Shown here: piece after piece, positions 29,545-39,593 of the stretch | How the letters are laid out: the number at the start of each line of letters is the position of its first letter | Numbering within the stretch: the first letter of the stretch is position 1 | From: Spirochaetia bacterium | GTDB lineage: Bacteria; Spirochaetota; Spirochaetia; DSM-2461 | Length of the DNA: 64,000 nucleotides | Assembly: GCA_963668315.1 (NCBI GenBank) | Contig: OY764216.1 | Span: forward strand, 1,344,001-1,408,000 | Reading direction: 5' to 3' | Translations under genes and position numbers: made by a program | The notes under the pieces: model-generated | What the model was told of the DNA's origin: nothing | The model's input: only the letters and a program-made list of their open reading frames with translations | Databases searched by the model: none

Positions 29545-30240
29545 TTATCCTATGTGAGCCGAGCAGGATGCCGTCCACGGGGAATCCAGCTTGATCAGCC
29601 TGTTTTTCTTAAGATTTTCCCTGATGATCCACCGCATATGCTTTCCCGGAAGGTCCAATAGCTGCTCAAAGGCTGATTTACCCGCTTCCGGCTCTTTGCA
29701 GATCACCACACTCCAACCGTATCCCAGAGCCTTTTTCAGGGCCGTGCTCCCCTCATCCAGTCTTTCGTCATGGGAAAAAGGACGGGTCAGCTCTCCCAGA
29801 ATACCGAGTATTTCCCTGTTGGTTTTACTATCGTTCAGGAGCTTAGGTTCGCACAGACCGGCGACAACCGCTCTCCTTTCCAGCATGCTGCCCTTAATCA
29901 GAGGCCTGAGGGCCCCTATTACTTCCGGAAGTCTGTTCTCTGAAATTTCCTGGATCGCCATGGCGGCGGCTTCCCGGATTCTCCAGCTGCCGTGATTAGC
30001 CGTCTCCTTCAGAAAAGGTATGACAAGTGCCAGATCATCCCCATGGTAAAGGGAATAGGAGAGTACACCGCACATGGCCGCAAACTCTTCGGGGGAATTG
30101 CTGACATCCGGCTGTATATACTCCAGGCATTTCCCTATCTGATCCTCCGATGCGTTACGGGAAAAATCATACAATAGCGACAGATTGCCCCGGGGGCCGG
30201 GAAGATGCGAGTTGTCCAGGAGATATTGTATCGTGTACAT
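29545..30240 (-). CDS. HEAT-repeat-like conserved hypothetical protein
   Basis: SHLPGPRGNL, WRIREAAAMAIQ, RWIIRENLKKNRL; helical repeat pattern. Confidence 0.7.
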   Translation of the reverse strand: MYTIQYLLDNSHLPGPRGNLSLLYDFSRNASEDQIGKCLEYIQPDVSNSPEEFAAMCGVLSYSLYHGDDLALVIPFLKETANHGSWRIREAAAMAIQEISENRLPEVIGALRPLIKGSMLERRAVVAGLCEPKLLNDSKTNREILGILGELTRPFSHDERLDEGSTALKKALGYGWSVVICKEPEAGKSAFEQLLDLPGKHMRWIIRENLKKNRLIKLDSPWTASCSAHIG

Positions 30241-30270
30241 TATTTAACCTCTGCTTGCGGGAACATAATC

Positions 30271-30771
30271 TTAAAGCTCCATATCCACGGTAAAATTACC
30301 GTTAACGGAACTTCTTCCATCCCATGTGTCAGCCTTAATCCGGCCGGAGATGATATGGTTCTCCCTGTCCAGCCGGGTGATTTCCAATTCTCCGCTGTCG
30401 AACGTCACTCCCGTACCCAAGGCGCTGTAACCGAACAGGCATATCCCGTTATAGCCGAAGGTGCTTATGCTGTAGGTTTGCGGCAGGGAGCCCGATCCGA
30501 TCGAAAAGGAGAGATACGGGTATAGAACGGCATACGCTTCGTCTTCCCAGGGATCGTATCCGGCTATCGGATCGGAAGGCAGGAGAAAAATAACATATTT
30601 CTCTGATTCGGTTTTTGCATATCCGGACACAAACGAATAGGGTACGCTCCTCACCTGTCCCTGAAGGTTCTGATTTAAGAAGCCCTCCTCGGATGGGGTG
30701 GATTGTGCGGGACGGCAGCCTGACAGAATGACTGCCAGTACAGATAGAATAAGTAATTTAACTGTTTTCAA
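30271..30771 (-). CDS. hypothetical lipoprotein
   Basis: LSGC lipobox; beta-rich; overlaps the stop of the upstream gene. Confidence 0.7.
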   Translation of the reverse strand: MKTVKLLILSVLAVILSGCRPAQSTPSEEGFLNQNLQGQVRSVPYSFVSGYAKTESEKYVIFLLPSDPIAGYDPWEDEAYAVLYPYLSFSIGSGSLPQTYSISTFGYNGICLFGYSALGTGVTFDSGELEITRLDRENHIISGRIKADTWDGRSSVNGNFTVDMEL

Positions 30772-31880
30772 TATAATTCTTCCTTCAGAAGTTCAAGAAA
30801 CCTGTCCGGCTCCTCAAAAATCGGGCTGTGGGCCGAATTCTCAAAAAGGTAAAATCCCTTTTGAGGAGCATCGAGAATCTCCAGATATTCCCGGGATAAC
30901 TCATAATTTACCGTATAGTCATTACTGCCGCTGATAAAGTACACGGGGATATTCAGTTTGCTGATCTTCTCCGGGAGTTTGGTATTCAGCATATCCCCCC
31001 TTAAGGGACTCTCCCCGACCAGTTTCCCCTTGGAGCTCCACAGGGTGATTTTTTCCGGCAGAGTATAGGCCCTGCAGATCATATGGGGAAGAAAAATCCC
31101 GGTGATAACCGAAGACATATTCTTCATCGTCCCGATGGACATCCTGTGCATGATGTAATCTCTGAAGCCGGAGTTCAGAAAACCGCTGATCTCTACTGTC
31201 TGAGTTTTCCGATCTATAAACTCTTCCAGTTTTTTCAGATCCTTTCCTCCGCCTCGGGATATCAGCTCCTCGCGGATGTACTGAAACGCCCTCATTTCCG
31301 ATTCTCTCTGATCGCTTATCTGTCCCACACCGATATAATAACGGAATAATTCCGGGTATTTTGAAGCCGCCTGAATCCCGATGAAAGAGCCCCAGGAGTG
31401 TCCCAGCAAAATAAGCTTTTCCCTCCCGAACCGCGAGCATAGGTAACGGGCGACTTCCGCTGTATCGTCTATAAGCGTCTCGGTTGTGATTTTACTCAGG
31501 TCCGCGTCGGAGCGGTAGGAAATTCCCGCTCCCCTCTGCTCCCAGAAACAGAGGGTAAAAGAGTCATAGATTTTCTGAAAAGAGGGATCGGCCAGAAAAT
31601 ATTCCGGCATTCCCGGTCCCCCGTGAAGAAATAATATGACGGGGTTTCGGTAGTCCTTTCCCCGTATGATCATTCCCTGCTCCGCACCGTTTATCTCCGT
31701 GAAAATCTTTTCCGAAATGACATATTGCCCCTGTCCTTCGGGTATGTCTTCAAAGGAATCCAGTTTCCCGGGGCTCCTTATCAATAGAAAGATAATGAGA
31801 ATTATCAGGACAGAGATGAGAGAAATCGACAGGCCTGTCAAAATCCTCCTCCCCATTCCCTTTGTACTCTTCTGCTGCAT
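30768..31880 (-). CDS. membrane-anchored alpha/beta hydrolase (proline iminopeptidase-like)
   Basis: N-terminal TM; LHGGPG, EQRGAG, GHSWG, SAHSPIFEEP. Confidence 0.85.
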   Translation of the reverse strand: MQQKSTKGMGRRILTGLSISLISVLIILIIFLLIRSPGKLDSFEDIPEGQGQYVISEKIFTEINGAEQGMIIRGKDYRNPVILFLHGGPGMPEYFLADPSFQKIYDSFTLCFWEQRGAGISYRSDADLSKITTETLIDDTAEVARYLCSRFGREKLILLGHSWGSFIGIQAASKYPELFRYYIGVGQISDQRESEMRAFQYIREELISRGGGKDLKKLEEFIDRKTQTVEISGFLNSGFRDYIMHRMSIGTMKNMSSVITGIFLPHMICRAYTLPEKITLWSSKGKLVGESPLRGDMLNTKLPEKISKLNIPVYFISGSNDYTVNYELSREYLEILDAPQKGFYLFENSAHSPIFEEPDRFLELLKEELY

Positions 31881-32045
31881 ATTATCACCCTTCTTCTCCT
31901 TTTATATTCCCATGAATACTAAAAGAGTGTTCGGTTTTTATTATACAGAAAAACCGCCCCGGAGAATATGGCGGAGAAGAAAAATCGCCAGAGTCCGGAT
32001 AGGCTTGACGGTGAGCGTCATCAGGGTAATGATAATGGGGCGGGT

Positions 32046-32074
32046 AAAAAAAGAGACTGCCCGAAGGCAGTCTC
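32046..32074 (-). terminator. intrinsic terminator of the flavin reductase gene
   Basis: Minus strand GAGACTGCC-TTCG-GGCAGTCTC-TTTTTTT. Confidence 0.85.
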
Positions 32075-32118
32075 ATGCATTATGACTCAATGGCAATTAT
32101 ACCGAAGTAAATGGTTGG

Positions 32119-33999
32119 TTATTTTACCGCGGCTGCCATAAGTTTTCCGGCTAATCTGCCCGACCCCAGAGCCAGACCGAAAGCGGAACCTTCGTTGTCG
32201 TAGTAGGGGCTGGTATAAAGACTTCCCGCATCCAGACCGGCGGCGTAGAGGCCGGGTATGGGGTTATTCGAATCATCGATAACCCGCAGGGAGTCATCGA
32301 CGCGTACGCCGCCCAGGGTACACCAGGCGCTCGGTTCGTATTCGAATACGTAAAAGGGGCCTTCCGACACAGGGATGAGGAAGGACTTATCCTTATAGAA
32401 CTGCTCATCCCGTCCGGCCTCGCAGTAGGTATTGTATTCCGCTACAGTGGCGGGGAGGTTTTCCAGACCGAAATGGGCGCCCAGATCTTCAATGGTATCG
32501 GCTTTGTAAGCCCAGCCCTGTTCAATGGCTTCCTGGAGCTGTTCCGGTGCTTTGTCAAGGATTTTGGCATGGGCGATGGAATCGGGGGCCGATGCGGAGA
32601 GGTTCCTTTTTCCCGCTTCCCAGGAGTCGGGGCGGCCCAGCGTTTCGAAAATCCCGATTTTCGCCACGGAGTCGTAGTAGGCGGCGTCCATGACAGCGTA
32701 GTACTTGTTCTCTCTTACGGTCGCTTCGGCGCCGCAGAGGGGGTTGTCGGCCATTTCCTTTTCGTTGAAGAAACGGTTGCCTTCCCTATTTACGAGAAGA
32801 CCGCCGTAAATACCGAACCGCAGATTCTGATTGCAGTTAAAGCTCCAGGTTCCGGCCTTGGCGTTAGCCGCGGAAAATTCATTCGCGACGATACCCCAGT
32901 TCCGATCTTCCGAACCGCCGGCGGCAAGGGCCATATCGATACCTTCACCGACGGAGAGGGTGTTTCCCAGGGGAATGATGTTGATATCGCCGAACTTTTC
33001 GTGGATTTTCTCTTCACTTCCCAGATAGCCGCCGGTGGCCAGGAGAACGACTTTCGCATGAATCGTCAGTTCCACATTTCCGGGCTGAGCCGCAACGACT
33101 CCTGTCACGGTGCCGTCTGCGTCCTGAACGAGGCTCGTTCCGCGGGTTTCGTAAAAGATCTTGCTGCCGTTGGCTTCTATCTCATCGGTGAGAAACTTCA
33201 TCCGGTCCACGCCTCTTTCCCGAAAGCCGTGGCGGGCCCGGAAACCGATTCCGTAGCTGTCGGGACGGAGCCAGACACCCATGCCCAGATCTTCAAAAAG
33301 ATCGATAGTTTCCCCCGTCTGGGAGAGGGCTTTCTTCAAAAGGCTTTCGTTGACGGTGTTTTTGGCGAAGCCGGACATATGGGTAAACAGAGTTTCAAGG
33401 GGCATATCCACACCCGCCTCTTTCTGCACGTTTGTTTCGGCGGCGATGGGACCCCCTGCATTGGCCCCGTTGCTTACTCCGGCGTTGGCGCCCTTTTCAA
33501 TAACGATGACATGGGCGCCCAGTTCGGACGCGGTCAGGGCGGCGGTCAGTCCCGCGGCTCCGGCTCCGACGACGACGATGTCGCAGGAGGCTTCTTTCTT
33601 TTCTGCTTTTGCCGTATCTTTTCCGCCGTTCTGTAGAGCGGCAAGATTACCGCCGGCCTGCTCAACACAGTCGGCAACGGCGCTGATAATCGCATTGGAT
33701 GTGTAAGTGGCCCCCGCGACGGTATCAATATTCAGAGACTGTTTGTCCACGATCGCCTGGGGAATTCTTTCCCGGGCCGGGTCGGAGATGCCGGGAGTTT
33801 CCTTACTGGAGATGATCTCCACGGACTGTATTTTCTTGGCGCTGAATTTTACCTGAACCTCTACCGGACCATTTTTGCCCTCCTGAGAGGACGTATATGT
33901 TCCGGCGGTGTAACTGTTTGCTCCTGACTGCCCGCAGCCCGTAACGCCGAAGAGCATAAGAGCGGCAAGAATCAGAGTAAGAAAAAGACCTTTTTTCAT
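32119..33999 (-). CDS. lipoprotein FAD-dependent reductase with N-terminal FMN-binding (flavinylation) domain, FrdA/UrdA superfamily
   Basis: VTGC lipobox; DTVAGATYTS flavinylation motif; GAGAAG FAD motif; LATGG; VNREGNRFFNE; IPGLYAAG. Confidence 0.88.
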   Translation of the reverse strand: MKKGLFLTLILAALMLFGVTGCGQSGANSYTAGTYTSSQEGKNGPVEVQVKFSAKKIQSVEIISSKETPGISDPARERIPQAIVDKQSLNIDTVAGATYTSNAIISAVADCVEQAGGNLAALQNGGKDTAKAEKKEASCDIVVVGAGAAGLTAALTASELGAHVIVIEKGANAGVSNGANAGGPIAAETNVQKEAGVDMPLETLFTHMSGFAKNTVNESLLKKALSQTGETIDLFEDLGMGVWLRPDSYGIGFRARHGFRERGVDRMKFLTDEIEANGSKIFYETRGTSLVQDADGTVTGVVAAQPGNVELTIHAKVVLLATGGYLGSEEKIHEKFGDINIIPLGNTLSVGEGIDMALAAGGSEDRNWGIVANEFSAANAKAGTWSFNCNQNLRFGIYGGLLVNREGNRFFNEKEMADNPLCGAEATVRENKYYAVMDAAYYDSVAKIGIFETLGRPDSWEAGKRNLSASAPDSIAHAKILDKAPEQLQEAIEQGWAYKADTIEDLGAHFGLENLPATVAEYNTYCEAGRDEQFYKDKSFLIPVSEGPFYVFEYEPSAWCTLGGVRVDDSLRVIDDSNNPIPGLYAAGLDAGSLYTSPYYDNEGSAFGLALGSGRLAGKLMAAAVK

Positions 34000-34040
34000 T
34001 ATTTGACCTATCCTTCAATTATAGATATTATTTTATCCAA

Positions 34041-34071
34041 AATATAAAGAATGCACCAAGTGCAGTGTCAA
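34041..34071 (-). promoter_or_regulatory. MerR-type promoter with 19-bp spacer and operator dyad
   Basis: TTGACA(34071-34066)-CTGCACTTGGTGCATTCTT(19 bp)-TATATT(34046-34041); dyad TGCAC-N3-GTGCA in the spacer. Confidence 0.85.
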
Positions 34072-34868
34072 GAGGATTTCGCCAGGGGAATTAAAATAAG
34101 CTGAAGCGCTTCGTCTCCGATTCGTAAATCCAATCCCTCAAAGTAGATAGATCCTCGCGGTGTGTAACCGATTTCCCTCGCGTGGTGAAGAGCCTTCTCT
34201 ATGATGTCCCTGGATATTTCCGGATATCCCAGGTTTTTTGAGAAAAATCTCAGGCATTCGCCGTTTCTTAAAAGACGAGAACCTTCCCTGTCTTTCTTTT
34301 CGAGAAGGGAGGCGTGCTTCGCGGGGATGGCAATTCCGAAATCCGGTTCTTCTCCCGTATCTTCCCCCTCCGCGGAAAGTTGTAATATGCGGCAGAAACG
34401 GGTCAGAGGGGACAGCTCTCCCCAGGAATTCAGCTTCTCATAACTGCTTATAGTAAAATCGTGGCTTTGAGAGGCGGGGAGGAAAAGGATGTCTTCCTCT
34501 TTGGATAGGGAATAATCCAGAAGCGTAACGGGGGAAGAGAATATTTTCTGGATTTTCTTCAGCGTTGAGATCCTGTATTCATTGATGATTCTCTGTTTTT
34601 TCAGCTCCCCGATCTGTGCCGCGGCAAAATCGGAGAGAGCCCTCTCGTCTTTCTCGCGAATGATCTGAACGGCCTCTTTGGTTGAAAATCCAAAAGACTG
34701 GAGCCGCTTGAATTTAATGATGACGAAGGCGTCCTGCAGAGTATAGGTTCTGTAGTTGTTTACCGGATTTTTCTGAGGATCGAGCAGCTGAATCCGTTCA
34801 TAGAAGCGCAGAGTGCTGAATTTCACACCCACCATCTCTATAAACTGCTTTGTCGAATAATACTCCAC
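34068..34868 (-). CDS. MerR-family transcriptional regulator
   Basis: YSTKQF..MVGV..STLRFYERIQLL.P.KNPVNNYRTY; start moved to GTG 34868 after AAGGA. Confidence 0.85.
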   Translation of the reverse strand: MEYYSTKQFIEMVGVKFSTLRFYERIQLLDPQKNPVNNYRTYTLQDAFVIIKFKRLQSFGFSTKEAVQIIREKDERALSDFAAAQIGELKKQRIINEYRISTLKKIQKIFSSPVTLLDYSLSKEEDILFLPASQSHDFTISSYEKLNSWGELSPLTRFCRILQLSAEGEDTGEEPDFGIAIPAKHASLLEKKDREGSRLLRNGECLRFFSKNLGYPEISRDIIEKALHHAREIGYTPRGSIYFEGLDLRIGDEALQLILIPLAKSS

Positions 34869-34917
34869 GGGTACTTCCTTTCCCCCGCTGGACGGGGGAT
34901 ATTCAGGGAGCTGTCTC

Positions 34918-36591
34918 CTACTCTTCGCCCCGTATTTCCACCCGGCGGATCTTTCCGCTGATCGTTTTGGGGAGCTCATCGACGAATTCGACGATGCGGG
35001 GGTATTTGTAGGGAGCCGTCACCTTCTTCACGTGGTTCTGAAGCTCCTTGGCCAGGGCATCCCCCGCCTTGGCTTTCCAGCTGTCGGCGAGCACGATCGT
35101 CGCTTTGACTATCTGACCGCGCATCTCATCGGGCACGGCGGTAATGGCGCATTCCAGAACACTCTCATGTTCCATCAGGGCGCTTTCCACCTCGAAGGGT
35201 CCGATCCTGTAACCGGAGCTTTTAATCACATCGTCCGTACGGCCGACGAACCAGAAAAAGCCGTCCTCATCCATCCAGGCTGTGTCTCCCGTGTAGTAAA
35301 CACCGTCGTGGTAGACCGATGAAGTAAGGGCCTCATCCCTGTAGTATCCTTTGAACAGTCCCACCGGCTTGAACTTGTCCAGCAGAATCACAATCTGTCC
35401 CACATCCCCCGGCGCGCAGAAGTTTCCCTCGTTATCCATTATGGCGATATTGTAGCCCGGGGCCGGTTTGCCCATGGAGCCCGGCTTGGGGGTCATTCCG
35501 GTAAAGCAGCCTATCGTGAGGGTCAGCTCCGTCTGACCGTAGCCTTCCATCAGCTCGAGGCCGGTGAGCGCTTTAAACTGATTGAAGACCTCCGGATTCA
35601 GCGGTTCTCCCGCCACGGCGCAGTACTTGAGGGACGAGAGATCGTATTGGCTCAGATCCTCGGCGATCATATACCGGTAGATCGTCGGCGGTGCGCAGAA
35701 GGTCGTCACCTTGAAGTCGGAAAGTTTCTTGAGCAGATGGGCGGGAACAAAGGCGTCCATATCGTAGACGAATACGGCGCTGCCGCAGAGCCACTGGCCG
35801 TAGATCTTGCCCCATACCGCTTTTGCCCATCCCGTGTCGGCCACGGTGAGGTGAAGCCCGTCGTTAATCACATTCTGCCAGTATTTGGCCGTTACGATAT
35901 GCCCCAGGGGATAGGAGAAATCGTGCTGGACCATTTTGGGGTTTCCCGTGGTCCCCGAAGTGAAATAGAGAAGGGACGTGTCGTCCAGGGTGGGCAGCTC
36001 GGAAGCTTCCGGCTTCACAAAATCGGCGCTCTCCTTTTCTATGGCGGCGTTGAAATCGATCCAGCCCGAATCCAGTCCTTCAGGAACATTGCTGCCGCTG
36101 GCCACATAGGCTCTGTACTTCAGGGTTTCCGAATCGGCCAGGGAATCGTCTATATGTCTGATGACTTCCTCATCGCCGACGGCAACGATCATCTTGATTC
36201 CGGCGGCGTTATTTCTGTAGACGATATCCTTCTTTGTTAAAAGGTGGGTAGCCGGAACGGCGGCGGCTCCGATTTTATGGAGAGCCAGGAGGCAGAACCA
36301 GAACTCGTACCGCCTCTTAAGGATCAGCATGACCGGATCGCCCTTCTTTATTCCCAGGCCTTTGAAGAAATTAGCCGTTTTATCGGTAAGAGCTCTGAGC
36401 TCCCTGAAAGTGAAAGTGCGGTCCTCATCGTTGTCATTGCACCAGACAATGGCTTTTTTGTCCGGTTCGTTTTCTGCATACCAGTCCACCACATCGTAGG
36501 CGAAATTAAAATCTTCAGGCACGTTTACCCGAAAATCCTTCTGCAGATCTTCATAGCGGCTGGATTCGCCGCTGATATATTTTTTATACAT
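34918..36591 (-). CDS. AMP-forming acyl-CoA synthetase (acetate/medium-chain type)
   Basis: [47 protein letters not shown]. Confidence 0.92.
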   Translation of the reverse strand: MYKKYISGESSRYEDLQKDFRVNVPEDFNFAYDVVDWYAENEPDKKAIVWCNDNDEDRTFTFRELRALTDKTANFFKGLGIKKGDPVMLILKRRYEFWFCLLALHKIGAAAVPATHLLTKKDIVYRNNAAGIKMIVAVGDEEVIRHIDDSLADSETLKYRAYVASGSNVPEGLDSGWIDFNAAIEKESADFVKPEASELPTLDDTSLLYFTSGTTGNPKMVQHDFSYPLGHIVTAKYWQNVINDGLHLTVADTGWAKAVWGKIYGQWLCGSAVFVYDMDAFVPAHLLKKLSDFKVTTFCAPPTIYRYMIAEDLSQYDLSSLKYCAVAGEPLNPEVFNQFKALTGLELMEGYGQTELTLTIGCFTGMTPKPGSMGKPAPGYNIAIMDNEGNFCAPGDVGQIVILLDKFKPVGLFKGYYRDEALTSSVYHDGVYYTGDTAWMDEDGFFWFVGRTDDVIKSSGYRIGPFEVESALMEHESVLECAITAVPDEMRGQIVKATIVLADSWKAKAGDALAKELQNHVKKVTAPYKYPRIVEFVDELPKTISGKIRRVEIRGEE

Positions 36592-36617
36592 TAGTAACAC
36601 TCCTGTTGTATTTTGAA

Positions 36618-37169
36618 TTAGAATATGACGGCCAGGAATTCGGCCGGACCTTCCTGGGTCTGCATGCCGTGGGGCCTGGTCGAGTCGAAGTAGACCGAAT
36701 CCCCCGCATCCAGATCGTATTCCCTGCCGTCGTGAAAGAACTTTATCCGGCCCTTGAGAATGTAGTTGAATTCCTGGCCCGGATGGGTATTCAGTTCCGG
36801 TTCGCTGTCCCCTGCCTTCGGATCCACCGTCACGAGGAAAGGTTCGGCCTTTCTATCGGCAAAGTTATAGGCAAGGCTCAAGTAACCGTAGGGATTCCGG
36901 CGGTTAACCCTGACGCCCTCATTGTTCCGTGTGATGGTTATTGAGTGCAGGTGGGGGCCGTCTCCGGTGAGAAGGGCGGTGAGTTCCACCCGGAAGAATC
37001 GGGCTATTGAATGGAGAACGCCCACGGGTATGTCATGCTCTCCGCTTTCGTAGGAGAGATAGGCTTCCTTCGTAACAGCGCAGGCGGCAGCAACCGTTTC
37101 GGGCTCTTCTCCCGAAATGTTCCGTAGTTCGACAATCCTCTGGGCAATTAATTTTATCTGTTCATCCAT
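36618..37169 (-). CDS. XRE-family HTH regulator with cupin domain
   Basis: N-terminal HTH (YESGEHDIP), [22 protein letters not shown]. Confidence 0.88.
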   Translation of the reverse strand: MDEQIKLIAQRIVELRNISGEEPETVAAACAVTKEAYLSYESGEHDIPVGVLHSIARFFRVELTALLTGDGPHLHSITITRNNEGVRVNRRNPYGYLSLAYNFADRKAEPFLVTVDPKAGDSEPELNTHPGQEFNYILKGRIKFFHDGREYDLDAGDSVYFDSTRPHGMQTQEGPAEFLAVIF

Positions 37170-37190
37170 AAAGCAACCTCCCGATCAGCC

Positions 37191-37736
37191 TTAATTAAAA
37201 TTCATAGTCAGTAAATTCTCCTCTTTCTCCAACAGCCGCACGGAGAAAGAACCGCCTTCGATCACACCGAAGGAAGGGGCAAATCCGCCTTTGGGAAGAG
37301 ATATCGAACCGGGATTGAAATAGCATACTCCTTCCCGCTCTTCCAGAACGGGAATATGGGTATGTCCCGAAAGTCTTACATCTCCCGGCATTAGAGCGGG
37401 CAGACGGGATGCATCAAGGTGGCCATGGGTCAGGATAAAGCGATGATCCCCCCCCTCATATATAGCGTAATCGGCCATAATGGGAAATTCAAGGAGCATC
37501 TGATCCACTTCACTGTCACAATTGCCCCGGATAGCCAGAATCTCCCCCTTGAGCGGGTTCAGGGACTCCACCACACCGGGAGGGGCATAACCGTCGGGCA
37601 GAGGGTTGCGGGGGCCGTGATAGAGGATATCTCCCAGGATGAATAATCTGTCAAATAATTCTTTTTTATAGATAGCCAGCGCCTTTTCCAGGGCCGGCGT
37701 TTTGCCGTGAACATCGGATAAGATCATGATTTTCAT
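37191..37736 (-). CDS. yfcE: phosphodiesterase YfcE
   Basis: SDVHG, GDILYHGPRNPLP, RGNCDSEVDQM, THGH, GHTH, NPGSISLPK. Confidence 0.88.
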   Translation of the reverse strand: MKIMILSDVHGKTPALEKALAIYKKELFDRLFILGDILYHGPRNPLPDGYAPPGVVESLNPLKGEILAIRGNCDSEVDQMLLEFPIMADYAIYEGGDHRFILTHGHLDASRLPALMPGDVRLSGHTHIPVLEEREGVCYFNPGSISLPKGGFAPSFGVIEGGSFSVRLLEKEENLLTMNFN

Positions 37737-37941
37737 TTTTTTCTTTCCTTTTTGCCTATTGTGTCATAAAAAGAAGGGGAAGACAAGAGATTCCGTGGGT
37801 TCCGGGGGGGAGAATAAATCCTATATTTTCCCGTAATTCATTGACAATTTATAATAAATGAACCATATTCGTTTTTAATGGCTTTAAGACTTACAACGTG
37901 GTCTTATCGTATATTATATTCTTGTGTAGCAGGTAAATATA

Positions 37942-38547
37942 TTGGCTGTATGGGATCTTAAGAAACATCTTGATCGAATTTACAGGAAAAATCCCCAAAA
38001 CAATTCCTATATCATAGATATACAAATCAATCACTACCGTGATCTTTTCAATGATCTGGATCCTTCTCCCCTCAGGAAAAGGGATCTGGATCAGGATTTC
38101 ATCGCCTATCTGGAGGAATCCTCCGCCGAGATACCCGTAAAGTACCCCATTGAACTTGAGATTCACTGCGCCTTCTCCGAAGAACTGAAGGAGAGGGAAG
38201 AGCGGATCCGCATGGGGGTGCAGACCTATTACCGCTCCCTGCTGCTCAGCACCGATCATAAGATTTTTCTGACCCTCAGAAGAAGTTTGTTCTATCTGGC
38301 GGTGGGGGGACTGTTTCTTTTCCTCTCCTTTTTCCTGTCCCCTAAGCTCAGGGAGGGATATATCGACCGCATCATAATAGAAGGAATGAATATAGGGGGA
38401 TGGGTTTTCGTCTGGGAAGCACTGGCCTCCCTTTCATTTACCCTCAGCCGGCTCAGGAAAGAGAAAAAAAGACTTCTCCGCTTGATGGAGGGGGGTATTC
38501 GATTTCAGTACAAAGATAAGGAGGACTATCATGACACTGCTCGATAA
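37942..38547 (+). CDS. conserved hypothetical membrane protein
   Basis: DLDPSP..RDLD.D...YLEES and two C-terminal TM helices with GWVFVWE. Confidence 0.65.
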   Translation: MAVWDLKKHLDRIYRKNPQNNSYIIDIQINHYRDLFNDLDPSPLRKRDLDQDFIAYLEESSAEIPVKYPIELEIHCAFSEELKEREERIRMGVQTYYRSLLLSTDHKIFLTLRRSLFYLAVGGLFLFLSFFLSPKLREGYIDRIIIEGMNIGGWVFVWEALASLSFTLSRLRKEKKRLLRLMEGGIRFQYKDKEDYHDTAR

Positions 38548-39592
38548 CGCCCGGGGAGAACTGAATTCCGTCTATGATGATATAGGGAGCCTCAGGTCCC
38601 AGGTCGTGGACCGGAACCTCTCCCAGGCACAGCGCTCGGAAGCCTACGGGGACATTATTGCCTCCCAAGTGGGCGACTCTTTCATGGCCCGGGCACGGAA
38701 CCTGGAGAGGGAGTACGGATTCAAACAGCTTTATCTGAAGTTTGAGGGCTCCAATCCCTCGGGTACCCAGAAGGACCGCATCGCCTTCGCCCAGGTGGAG
38801 GATGCCTTCCGGCAGGGATACACCCAGATTGTTTTCGCCACCTGCGGAAATTACGGTGTGGCCCTTGCCTTTGCCGCGTCCCTGGCGGGACTATCCTGCC
38901 TTATCTATATCCCCGAAACATACCACACGCCCCGGGAAGATGAGATGAAGCAGTGGGGCGCCACCATAATCAGGGCGGGCAGGGATTATGAGGAAGCCGT
39001 GGTCCTTTCCAGCGAGAGGGCAGCCGTGGGGGAATTCTATGATGCCAACCCCGGCTCCATCAATACGGATATTCAGCTCAAGGCATACGGGGAAATCGCC
39101 TCGGAGATCTATGATGAACTGCGGGACGCTCCCGCCGCCGTGGCCGTCCCCGTCTCCAACGGGACCACCCTGGCGGGGATCTACAAGGGGTTCCAGACTC
39201 TGTTCCGACGGGGAAAAATATCCCGCATGCCCCGGATGATCGCCGGTTCCTCCAGCGGGAAGAACCCCATCGTCAGCAGCTACCTCAAAGGCTACGATAC
39301 TTACAGGGACCTGGACCCGTCCCGCATACGGGAGAGCCAGGTTAACGAACCTCTGATAAACTGGCACTCCATAGACGGGGAGCTGGCTTTTCAGGCGGTT
39401 AAGGAGAGCGGGGGCTGGGCCGGGAATGTCTCGGATAAAACCATGACCGGCTTTTCCCGCTTCATCAAGAGTCACGAAGGGCTGTCCGTGCTTCCCGCTT
39501 CTACGGCGGGATTGAGCGCCCTTATCGACAGACATAAATCAGAACCTCTGCCGGGAGACCGGTATGTGGCCGTATTAACGGGGAGAAAATAG
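38531..39592 (+). CDS. PLP-dependent fold-type II enzyme (threonine synthase/dehydratase-like)
   Basis: LKFEGSNPSGTQKDR (PLP Lys), ATCGNYG, VPVSNGTTLAG, VLTGR. Confidence 0.85.
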   Translation: MTLLDNARGELNSVYDDIGSLRSQVVDRNLSQAQRSEAYGDIIASQVGDSFMARARNLEREYGFKQLYLKFEGSNPSGTQKDRIAFAQVEDAFRQGYTQIVFATCGNYGVALAFAASLAGLSCLIYIPETYHTPREDEMKQWGATIIRAGRDYEEAVVLSSERAAVGEFYDANPGSINTDIQLKAYGEIASEIYDELRDAPAAVAVPVSNGTTLAGIYKGFQTLFRRGKISRMPRMIAGSSSGKNPIVSSYLKGYDTYRDLDPSRIRESQVNEPLINWHSIDGELAFQAVKESGGWAGNVSDKTMTGFSRFIKSHEGLSVLPASTAGLSALIDRHKSEPLPGDRYVAVLTGRK

Positions 39593-39593
39593 A

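Noticed and set aside
31885..32076. 63-aa ORF or possible leader RNA
   Set aside because: It starts inside the reductase terminator, has no RBS, and I recognised no riboswitch consensus.
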